From NCBI RefSeq assembly GCF_004010195.1, contig NW_025214756.1, positions 2,976 through 50,151 of the forward strand: a stretch of 47,176 bases of DNA, written 5' to 3'. Below, one piece after another: positions 1-10,800 of the stretch (its first letter is position 1; each line of letters begins with the position of its first letter). The notes under the pieces were generated by a model. That model was not told where the DNA came from, made no database searches, and saw only the letters and a program-made list of their open reading frames with translations. Position numbers and translations under genes: made by a program. The DNA is from Chiloscyllium plagiosum (lineage: Eukaryota).

Positions 1-133
1 ACACACACACACACACACGCACAGACACAGACACAGACACAGACAGCAACACACAGACACACACACAGACACACACACACACAGACACACACACAGACAC
101 ACACAGCAACACACAGACACACATACACACGCA
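1..133. repeat. (CA)n / ACACAG compound microsatellite
   Basis: Directly visible interrupted CA dinucleotide run with ACAG variants. Confidence 0.95.
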
Positions 134-444
134 GATTTAAAAGGGACATGACTGACCCACTGTGACAAAAAAAGGACTTCAAAAGGAAACTTGAATCTTA
201 GTAAAATGGCGTTTCCAGGATTAATGACACAGTCCAATGCCCCTGTGCCCACAAGCCACTGAAGGCCTGAAGTGTACCCAAGGACCACATCTCCAATCTC
301 CAGGGACCCCTGGGCACTGAACCAGCCGAGGAAGAGGTTCAGACAGTCAGGACAAACACCCCCCTGCACGGAGAATGGGGACCTCCCCTCCCCCATCCAG
401 TGACCCAGTGTGGGATCTTCCCCTTCCCCCCACAGAGAGGGTCT

Positions 445-1010
445 TTATTTGGAAGATGGGATAAATCCCTCATCCTCCCGGATTGTTACTCTCTGTGAAC
501 AGATTTTCAGAGGCTCTGTATTTTTACCCCCATCAATGAGATACGGACTGAAGTAAGGATAGAGTTTCTCAGTGAATGTCCCAGTGAAAGTGTAGATATG
601 GCTCTTGTTCTCTGAGTTATAAAAGGACACCTTCCCTCCATCATAATCCAGACAGACTCGGATCTTCCTCGGACTCACACTGAGATTTAACCAACCGTTA
701 TCCCAGTATTTATTCCGCTCTCTCAGCACCAGGGCCCAGTATCCATTACCTGGGTTCAGGATGCTTTTCCCCTTCCTGTAGATGGACTCCTTGGCCACAC
801 CCACCGTCCACTCAGTCTTATTCCCCACCTCCACCTCCCAGGACTGTTTCCCTGATGTGAATCCCTCTGATCCCAGGACACTGACACAGGGATCAAATCT
901 CTCCGGATTGTCGGGAAGCTGCTGCCGATTCCTGGTGTCTCTCACGGTGCTCAGGTCCTCAGACAGGAGAAGGTCAGGATGGGCTGTATTAGGGTCCAAG
1001 GTGACTGGAG
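445..1010 (-). CDS. B30.2 (PRY-SPRY) terminal coding exon, copy B (distal), of a TRIM/butyrophilin-like gene
   Basis: Translation (A)[85 protein letters not shown] is a canonical PRY-SPRY domain. On the minus strand, branch point TGACTAAC and a pyrimidine tract end in AG at 1012-1011 (phase 1). Stop TAA at 447-445. The ORF-track 'M' is a TTG, not a real start. Confidence 0.93.
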
Positions 1011-1134
1011 CTGGGAACAGAAGGACACCGATAAAATGTTAGTCACACTCACTGTAACTCTCACAGCCGCTTAGTGACTGGGAACATCAGCAACGATCCA
1101 GGATTAGAAATTCATCCCCAGGGAAGGAGTCACC

Positions 1135-1245
1135 AAGTGACCCAGTGTGTGGGATCTTCCCATCCCCCACCCAGTGACCCAGTGTGTGGGACCTTCCCTT
1201 CCCCCCCACCCAGTGACCCAGTGTGTGGGATCTTCCCCTTCCTCT
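1135..1245. repeat. Short minisatellite, 3 copies of a 37-39 bp unit (cagtgacccagtgtgtgggatcttccc..cccccac)
   Basis: Units start near 1135, 1172 and 1211. One related unit lies at ~398-432, 3' of exon copy B. Confidence 0.85.
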
Positions 1246-1259
1246 CACAGAGAGGGTCG

Positions 1260-1837
1260 TTATTTGGATGAAGCGATGAATCCCTCATCCTCCTGGATTG
1301 TTACTCTCTGGGGACAGATTTTCAGAGGCTCTGTGTTTTTACCCCCATCAGTGAGATACGGACTGAAGTAAGGATAGAGTTTCTCAGTGAATGTCCCAGT
1401 GAAAGTGTAGATATGGCTCTTGTTCTCTGAGTTATAAAAGGACACCTTCCCTCCCTCATAATCCAGACAGACTCGGACCTTCCTCGGACTCTCACTCAGC
1501 TTTAAGCATTTCCATGGTTCCTCACCAGCCCAGAATTTATTCCCCTCTCTCAGCACCAGGGCCCAGTATCCATTACCTGGAGTCAGGATGATGTTCCCCT
1601 TCCTGTTGGTGGACTCCTTGGCCACACCCACATCCCACGCAGTCTTATTCCCCACCTCCACCTCCCAGGAATGTTTCCCTGATGTGAATCCCTCTGATCC
1701 CAGGACACAGCCACAGTAATCAAATCTCTCCGGATTGTCGGGAAGTTGCTGCCGATTCCTGGTGTATCTCACGGTGCTCAGGTCCTCAGACAGGAGAAGG
1801 GCAGGATGGGCTGTATTAGGGTCCAAGGTGACTGGAG
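1260..1837 (-). CDS. B30.2 (PRY-SPRY) terminal coding exon, copy A (proximal)
   Basis: Same domain motifs as copy B and 4 codons longer. Acceptor ..ccctctgttcccAG at 1839-1838 with TGACTAAC branch point, phase 1. Stop TAA at 1262-1260. No frameshift. Confidence 0.93.
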
Positions 1838-2007
1838 CTGGGAACAGAGGGACAACAATAAAATGTTAGTCACATTCACTGTAACTCTCACAGCCGCTTA
1901 GTGACTGGGAACATCAGCAACGATCCAGGATTAGAAATTCATCCCCAGGGAAGGAGTTAAACAGCACTTGGGATAGACCCTGCAATGAGGCTGAGGAAAC
2001 CCCGTTA

Positions 2008-2610
2008 CACAGAGAGGGTGGGACAGAGAGAGAGAAAGACAGTGTGTCACAGAGAGAGAGAGAGAGGGAGACAGAGAGAGGCAGTGTGTGACAGAGAGAG
2101 AAAGGGAGAGGGAGAGAGACGCTGTGTGTGACAGAGAGACAGAGGGAGAGAGGGAGAAACAGTGTGTGTGACAGAGAGCGAGTGAGAGAGGATGTGTGTG
2201 ACAGTGAGAGGGGAACTATGTCTGGGCTAAATACGGAGGAGAGAGACGGTGAATTTGACAGAGAGATGCCGAGTGTGACAGAAACAGAGATGGAAAGAGA
2301 TGGTATCTCTGACAGGGAGAGAGAGAGAGAGAGAGAGACTGTGAGTGTGACAGAGAGAGAGAAAGAGACAGTCAGTGTGGCAGAGAGAGACACACAGTGT
2401 GTGGTTTCAGGGAGAGAGAGATGGTGTGTGTGATGTAAACAGAGACAGTGAGTGTGATAGAGTGAGAGAGTGAGCTGGCGAGAGTATCAGAGAGAGAAAG
2501 AGATGGTTTGTGTGACAGAGGGAGAGGCACAACATTTGTGACAGACAGAGAGAGAGGCAGAGAGTGTGACAGAGAGAGATAGAGAGAGGGATGGTGAGTG
2601 ATAGAATGAG
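2008..2610. repeat. Degenerate (GT)n-GACA-(GA)n low-complexity repeat
   Basis: Recurrent TGTGTGACAGAGAGAG subunits of ~25-45 bp. Confidence 0.9.
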
Positions 2611-3316
2611 CAGGACTTTTCCACTTAATGGTAAGGTCATGGGGAGTGTTGCTGAACAAAGAGACCTTGGAGTGCAGGTTCATAGCTCCTTGAAAGTAGA
2701 GTTGCAGGTAGATAGGATAGTGAAGAAGGTATTTGGTATGCTTTCCTTTATCGGTCAGAGCACTGAGTATCAGAGTTGGGAGGTCATATTGTGGCTGTTC
2801 AGGACATTGGTTAAGCCACTTTTAGAATATTATGTGCAATTCTGGTCTCACCCCTATCGGAAGGATGTTGTGAAACTTGATTGGATGCAGAAAAGGTTTA
2901 CAAAGATGTTGTCAGGTTGGAGGGTTTGAGCTATAGGGAGAGGCTGAGTAGGCTGGGGCTATTATCTCTGGAGCATCAGAGGCTGATAGTGACTTTATAC
3001 AGGTTTATAAAATCATGAGGGGCATGGATAGGGTTAAAGAGACAAAGTCTTTTCCCTGGGGTGGGAAACCTGAGGGGCAACCTTTTCATGCAGAAGGTGT
3101 TGTATGTAAGGAACGAGCTGCCAGAGGAAGTGGTGGAGGCTGGTACAATTACAACATTTAAAAGGCATATGGATGGGTATATGGTTAGGAAGGTTTTCAA
3201 GGGATATGGGCCAAGTGCTGGTAAATGGGACGAGATTAGGTGAGGATAACTGGTCGGCATGGATGAGTTGGACCGAAGGGTCTGTTTCTGTGCTGTACCT
3301 CTCTATGATTCTATGA
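2611..3316 (+). mobile_element. 5'-truncated CR1-type (HER1-like) LINE 3' fragment
   Basis: ORF2 C-terminal motifs (DLGVQVHSSLKV..QVDR.VKK.FGML.FI..LVKPLLEY.VQFWS) plus 3' UTR ending in ctctatgattctatga; frameshifted. Confidence 0.9.
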
Positions 3317-3778
3317 GTGAGCGAGCGAGAGAGAGAGAGAGAGAGAGAGATGGTCCATTTGACAGAGAGAAAGGAAGAGAGAGACGGTGTCTGTGACAGA
3401 GTGAGAGACAGTGACTGTGATAGAGTGAGAGTGAGAAAGAGAGACAGACAGAGCGAGACAGTGTGTGTCATGGAGAGAGTGAGTGAGAGAGAGAGAGAGA
3501 GATGGTATGTGTGATAGAGAGAGAGAGATGTATATGTGTGACAGAGATAGTGAATGACAAAGTGACAGCGAGGGAGACAGTGAGTGTGACAAAAAGACGT
3601 GGTGTGTATGACAAAGAGACGGAAAGAGAGAGAGAGAGAGACAATAATTACGACAGAGGGACAGAGATTCATGGAGAGAGAGTGATATGGTGATTGTGAC
3701 AGAGAGCGTGAGAGAGGATGAGTGTGTGACAGAGAGAGAGTAGGAGAGAGAGGGAGAGTGATGGTGAGTGTGACAGAG
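3317..3778. repeat. Degenerate GA/GT-rich repeat (continuation)
   Basis: Same TGTGACAGAGAG subunits as 2008-2610. Confidence 0.9.
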
Positions 3779-4511
3779 TGTCACAAAGTTAGTGTGTAAA
3801 AATAGTAAAATTGTGAATGAATTGAAAAGCAGAGTATGGGCCCTTTCGGAGGAAAAGTGCTCTTTAAGCTTGGAGTTCAGCAGAGAAGGAGGTCTGTGTG
3901 CAGCTGTGGGAGACAGACTGCTCTAAAATGGAAACATGTTACTTTTGGCTTTGTTCACGGGCACCTGAGGTTTGCTGCTGTTTTGACGACAAGTCGAATG
4001 TGACCAATTAATTTAAACCAAACCCTCTGCCATTCAAAACCCACTGAATTTAAAAACTGATGGTGTTTACAGTCTGAAACCAATCACGTTGTGAGAATTT
4101 GGTGCATCATCAGGAACATTGAAGGCAGGGCTTTTTGAAAATTGAGAGAAGCCAAATGCCATAGAGAGACAAACCTGACTTTGATACAATATGATGAAGC
4201 TCTCTAACAAGGACCCATCAAATGCACCATTTCCAGCTCCAAATCCTCACCGAAGAATCATCAAAAGAAAGGTGTTTGTGATGTGAGGTCAGCAGAAGGA
4301 AGATCGGAGACAGCGGGGAAGACATAGACTGTGTAATGTTGAGAGACTAAGTTTAATTTATTGCTCTTATTAACTGCATTTATAAGTGGGAACTGTGTTA
4401 TTGAAACAGCATTCATTCCAGTAGAATTTAATTCAATTAGGGAATAGTTAGTAATTCTGTTAATTTGTTCATTGCTGGTGTTAGATCAATGCATTTCCAG
4501 TGTATGTGACA
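3779..4511 (+). mobile_element. Possible solo/truncated LTR embedded in the GA-rich repeat
   Basis: A 733-bp complex, non-coding island that begins TGTCACA and ends TGTGACA and contains CCAAT boxes. No clean TSD. Confidence 0.4.
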
Positions 4512-4859
4512 GAGAGAGAGAGAGATGGTGCATGGACAGAGAGACAGCGAGAGAGAAAGTGACAGTGCGTGTGTCGATAGAGAGGATGTGTGTGACATAG
4601 AGAGAGAGAAAGAGACTGTGTGACAGAGAGAGAGATGCTGCATGTGACAGAGAGAGAGAGAGTGAGAGAGAGAAACATTGCGTGTTTCACATAAAGACAG
4701 ATATAGAGAGATGGTGTGTGTGACTGAGAGGGAGAGAGATGGAGAGATGGCGTGTGTAACTGAGAGGGAGAGAGATGGTGTGTGTGACAGAGAGAGAGAG
4801 AGAGAGATGGTGTGTGTGGCAGAGAGAGACGTGGTCCGTGTGACTGAGAGACACAGACA

Positions 4860-7800
4860 GAGGGTCACAGCAAGTGTGACATAGAGAGGGAGGTTGTGTA
4901 TGACAGAGAGAGAGAGAGAGAGAGGATGTGTATAGAAAGAGGGTGAGAAAGAAGGTTTGGGTGACAGAGAAAGCAAGAGAGACGGTGTGTCTGACAGAGA
5001 CAATGAGAGAGAGAGAGAAAGAGACGTTGTGTGTGACACAGAGATAGAGAGAGAGGGTGATGGCAAGTGTGACAGAGAGAGGTTGTGTATGACAGAGAGA
5101 AAGAGTGGGACCGTGTGTGTGAAAGAGGGTAAAAAAGAGAAAGAGATGGTTTGTATGACAACGAGAGGGACAGTGCATATGACAAAGGGAGAGAGAGAAA
5201 GAGAAATGGTGTGCGTGACAGAGGCAGAAATAGAGAGAGATGGTGTACATGACAGAGACAGAGATAGTGTGTGCGACAGAGAGATAGAGAGAGATAGTGT
5301 AGATGACAGCGAGAGAGAGAAGTGGTGTGTGTGACAGAGAGGAAGAGAGAGAGAGCGAGACGGTGTGTGTTACAGAGAGACATAGACAGAGGGTCACAGC
5401 AAGTGTGACATAGAGAGAGAGGTTGGTGTATGACAGAGAGAGAGGATGTGTGTTGAAAGAGGATGAGAGAGAAGGTTTGTGTAACAGAGAGGGAGAAAGC
5501 AAGAGAGACGGTGTGTCTGACAGAGACAATGAGAGAGAGTGAGAGAAAGAGACGTTGTGTGTGACACAGAGATAGAGAGAGAGGGTGATGGCAAGTGTGA
5601 CAGAGAGAGGTTGTGTATGACAGAGAGAAAGAGTGGGACCGTGTGTGTGAAAGAGGGTAAAAAAGAGAAAGAGATGGTTTGTATGACAACGAGAGGGACA
5701 GTGCATATGACAAAGGGAGAGAGAGAAAGAGAAATGGTGTGCGTGACAGAGGCAGAAATAGAGAGAGATGGTGTACATGACAGAGACAGAGATAGTGTGT
5801 GCGACAGAGAGATAGAGAGAGATAGTGTAGATGACAGCGAGAGAGAGAAGTGGTGTGTGTGACAGAGAGGAAGAGAGAGAGAGCGAGACGGTGTGTGTTA
5901 CAGAGAGACATAGACAGAGGGTCACAGCAAGTGTGACATAGAGAGAGAGGTTGGTGTATGACAGAGAGAGAGGATGTGTGTTGAAAGAGGATGAGAGAGA
6001 AGGTTTGTGTAACAGAGAGGGAGAAAGCAAGAGAGACGGTGTGTCTGACAGAGACAATGAGAGAGAGTGAGAGAAAGAGACGTTGTGTGTGACACAGAGA
6101 TAGAGAGAGAGGGTGATGGCAAGTGTGACAGAGAGAGGTTGTGTATGACAGAGAGAAAGAGTGGGACCGTGTGTGTGAAAGAGGGTAAAAAAGAGAAAGA
6201 GATGGTTTGTATGACAACGAGAGGGACAGTGCATATGACAAAGGGAGAGAGAGAAAGAGAAATGGTGTGCGTGACAGAGGCAGAAATAGAGAGAGATGGT
6301 GTACATGACAGAGACAGAGATAGTGTGTGCGACAGAGAGATAGAGAGAGATAGTGTAGATGACAGCGAGAGAGAGAAGTGGTGTGTGTGACAGAGAGGAA
6401 GAGAGAGAGAGCGAGACGGTGTGTGTTACAGAGAGACATAGACAGAGGGTCACAGCAAGTGTGACATAGAGAGAGAGGTTGGTGTATGACAGAGAGAGAG
6501 GATGTGTGTTGAAAGAGGATGAGAGAGAAGGTTTGTGTAACAGAGAGGGAGAAAGCAAGAGAGACGGTGTGTCTGACAGAGACAATGAGAGAGAGTGAGA
6601 GAAAGAGACGTTGTGTGTGACACAGAGATAGAGAGAGAGGGTGATGGCAAGTGTGACAGAGAGAGGTTGTGTATGACAGAGAGAAAGAGTGGGACCGTGT
6701 GTGTGAAAGAGGGTAAAAAAGAGAAAGAGATGGTTTGTATGACAACGAGAGGGACAGTGCATATGACAAAGGGAGAGAGAGAAAGAGAAATGGTGTGCGT
6801 GACAGAGGCAGAAATAGAGAGAGATGGTGTACATGACAGAGACAGAGATAGTGTGTGCGACAGAGAGATAGAGAGAGATAGTGTAGATGACAGCGAGAGA
6901 GAGAAGTGGTGTGTGTGACAGAGAGGAAGAGAGAGAGAGCGAGACGGTGTGTGTTACAGAGAGACATAGACAGAGGGTCACAGCAAGTGTGACATAGAGA
7001 GAGAGGTTGGTGTATGACAGAGAGAGAGGATGTGTGTTGAAAGAGGATGAGAGAGAAGGTTTGTGTAACAGAGAGGGAGAAAGCAAGAGAGACGGTGTGT
7101 CTGACAGAGACAATGAGAGAGAGTGAGAGAAAGAGACGTTGTGTGTGACACAGAGATAGAGAGAGAGGGTGATGGCAAGTGTGACAGAGAGAGGTTGTGT
7201 ATGACAGAGAGAAAGAGTGGGACCGTGTGTGTGAAAGAGGGTAAAAAAGAGAAAGAGATGGTTTGTATGACAACGAGAGGGACAGTGCATATGACAAAGG
7301 GAGAGAGAGAAAGAGAAATGGTGTGCGTGACAGAGGCAGAAATAGAGAGAGATGGTGTACATGACAGAGACAGAGATAGTGTGTGCGACAGAGAGATAGA
7401 GAGAGATAGTGTAGATGACAGCGAGAGAGAGAAGTGGTGTGTGTGACAGAGAGGAAGAGAGAGAGAGCGAGACGGTGTGTGTTACAGAGAGACATAGACA
7501 GAGGGTCACAGCAAGTGTGACATAGAGAGAGAGGTTGGTGTATGACAGAGAGAGAGGATGTGTGTTGAAAGAGGATGAGAGAGAAGGTTTGTGTAACAGA
7601 GAGGGAGAAAGCAAGAGAGACGGTGTGTCTGACAGAGACAATGAGAGAGAGTGAGAGAAAGAGACGTTGTGTGTGACACAGAGATAGAGAGAGAGGGTGA
7701 TGGCAAGTGTGACAGAGAGAGGTTGTGTATGACAGAGAGAAAGAGTGGGACCGTGTGTGTGAAAGAGGGTAAAAAAGAGAAAGAGATGGTTTGTATGACA

Positions 7801-10800
7801 ACGAGAGGGACAGTGCATATGACAAAGGGAGAGAGAGAAAGAGAAATGGTGTGCGTGACAGAGGCAGAAATAGAGAGAGATGGTGTACATGACAGAGACA
7901 GAGATAGTGTGTGCGACAGAGAGATAGAGAGAGATAGTGTAGATGACAGCGAGAGAGAGAAGTGGTGTGTGTGACAGAGAGGAAGAGAGAGAGAGCGAGA
8001 CGGTGTGTGTTACAGAGAGACATAGACAGAGGGTCACAGCAAGTGTGACATAGAGAGAGAGGTTGGTGTATGACAGAGAGAGAGGATGTGTGTTGAAAGA
8101 GGATGAGAGAGAAGGTTTGTGTAACAGAGAGGGAGAAAGCAAGAGAGACGGTGTGTCTGACAGAGACAATGAGAGAGAGTGAGAGAAAGAGACGTTGTGT
8201 GTGACACAGAGATAGAGAGAGAGGGTGATGGCAAGTGTGACAGAGAGAGGTTGTGTATGACAGAGAGAAAGAGTGGGACCGTGTGTGTGAAAGAGGGTAA
8301 AAAAGAGAAAGAGATGGTTTGTATGACAACGAGAGGGACAGTGCATATGACAAAGGGAGAGAGAGAAAGAGAAATGGTGTGCGTGACAGAGGCAGAAATA
8401 GAGAGAGATGGTGTACATGACAGAGACAGAGATAGTGTGTGCGACAGAGAGATAGAGAGAGATAGTGTAGATGACAGCGAGAGAGAGAAGTGGTGTGTGT
8501 GACAGAGAGGAAGAGAGAGAGAGCGAGACGGTGTGTGTTACAGAGAGACATAGACAGAGGGTCACAGCAAGTGTGACATAGAGAGAGAGGTTGGTGTATG
8601 ACAGAGAGAGAGGATGTGTGTTGAAAGAGGATGAGAGAGAAGGTTTGTGTAACAGAGAGGGAGAAAGCAAGAGAGACGGTGTGTCTGACAGAGACAATGA
8701 GAGAGAGTGAGAGAAAGAGACGTTGTGTGTGACACAGAGATAGAGAGAGAGGGTGATGGCAAGTGTGACAGAGAGAGGTTGTGTATGACAGAGAGAAAGA
8801 GTGGGACCGTGTGTGTGAAAGAGGGTAAAAAAGAGAAAGAGATGGTTTGTATGACAACGAGAGGGACAGTGCATATGACAAAGGGAGAGAGAGAAAGAGA
8901 AATGGTGTGCGTGACAGAGGCAGAAATAGAGAGAGATGGTGTACATGACAGAGACAGAGATAGTGTGTGCGACAGAGAGATAGAGAGAGATAGTGTAGAT
9001 GACAGCGAGAGAGAGAAGTGGTGTGTGTGACAGAGAGGAAGAGAGAGAGAGCGAGACGGTGTGTGTTACAGAGAGACATAGACAGAGGGTCACAGCAAGT
9101 GTGACATAGAGAGAGAGGTTGGTGTATGACAGAGAGAGAGGATGTGTGTTGAAAGAGGATGAGAGAGAAGGTTTGTGTAACAGAGAGGGAGAAAGCAAGA
9201 GAGACGGTGTGTCTGACAGAGACAATGAGAGAGAGTGAGAGAAAGAGACGTTGTGTGTGACACAGAGATAGAGAGAGAGGGTGATGGCAAGTGTGACAGA
9301 GAGAGGTTGTGTATGACAGAGAGAAAGAGTGGGACCGTGTGTGTGAAAGAGGGTAAAAAAGAGAAAGAGATGGTTTGTATGACAACGAGAGGGACAGTGC
9401 ATATGACAAAGGGAGAGAGAGAAAGAGAAATGGTGTGCGTGACAGAGGCAGAAATAGAGAGAGATGGTGTACATGACAGAGACAGAGATAGTGTGTGCGA
9501 CAGAGAGATAGAGAGAGATAGTGTAGATGACAGCGAGAGAGAGAAGTGGTGTGTGTGACAGAGAGGAAGAGAGAGAGAGCGAGACGGTGTGTGTTACAGA
9601 GAGACATAGACAGAGGGTCACAGCAAGTGTGACATAGAGAGAGAGGTTGGTGTATGACAGAGAGAGAGGATGTGTGTTGAAAGAGGATGAGAGAGAAGGT
9701 TTGTGTAACAGAGAGGGAGAAAGCAAGAGAGACGGTGTGTCTGACAGAGACAATGAGAGAGAGTGAGAGAAAGAGACGTTGTGTGTGACACAGAGATAGA
9801 GAGAGAGGGTGATGGCAAGTGTGACAGAGAGAGGTTGTGTATGACAGAGAGAAAGAGTGGGACCGTGTGTGTGAAAGAGGGTAAAAAAGAGAAAGAGATG
9901 GTTTGTATGACAACGAGAGGGACAGTGCATATGACAAAGGGAGAGAGAGAAAGAGAAATGGTGTGCGTGACAGAGGCAGAAATAGAGAGAGATGGTGTAC
10001 ATGACAGAGACAGAGATAGTGTGTGCGACAGAGAGATAGAGAGAGATAGTGTAGATGACAGCGAGAGAGAGAAGTGGTGTGTGTGACAGAGAGGAAGAGA
10101 GAGAGAGCGAGACGGTGTGTGTTACAGAGAGACATAGACAGAGGGTCACAGCAAGTGTGACATAGAGAGAGAGGTTGGTGTATGACAGAGAGAGAGGATG
10201 TGTGTTGAAAGAGGATGAGAGAGAAGGTTTGTGTAACAGAGAGGGAGAAAGCAAGAGAGACGGTGTGTCTGACAGAGACAATGAGAGAGAGTGAGAGAAA
10301 GAGACGTTGTGTGTGACACAGAGATAGAGAGAGAGGGTGATGGCAAGTGTGACAGAGAGAGGTTGTGTATGACAGAGAGAAAGAGTGGGACCGTGTGTGT
10401 GAAAGAGGGTAAAAAAGAGAAAGAGATGGTTTGTATGACAACGAGAGGGACAGTGCATATGACAAAGGGAGAGAGAGAAAGAGAAATGGTGTGCGTGACA
10501 GAGGCAGAAATAGAGAGAGATGGTGTACATGACAGAGACAGAGATAGTGTGTGCGACAGAGAGATAGAGAGAGATAGTGTAGATGACAGCGAGAGAGAGA
10601 AGTGGTGTGTGTGACAGAGAGGAAGAGAGAGAGAGCGAGACGGTGTGTGTTACAGAGAGACATAGACAGAGGGTCACAGCAAGTGTGACATAGAGAGAGA
10701 GGTTGGTGTATGACAGAGAGAGAGGATGTGTGTTGAAAGAGGATGAGAGAGAAGGTTTGTGTAACAGAGAGGGAGAAAGCAAGAGAGACGGTGTGTCTGA

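Noticed and set aside
1135..2110. CACAG/CACTG words as V(D)J recombination signal sequences near the B30.2 exons
   Set aside because: No heptamer-12/23 spacer-nonamer arrangement; the words derive from the local repeats.
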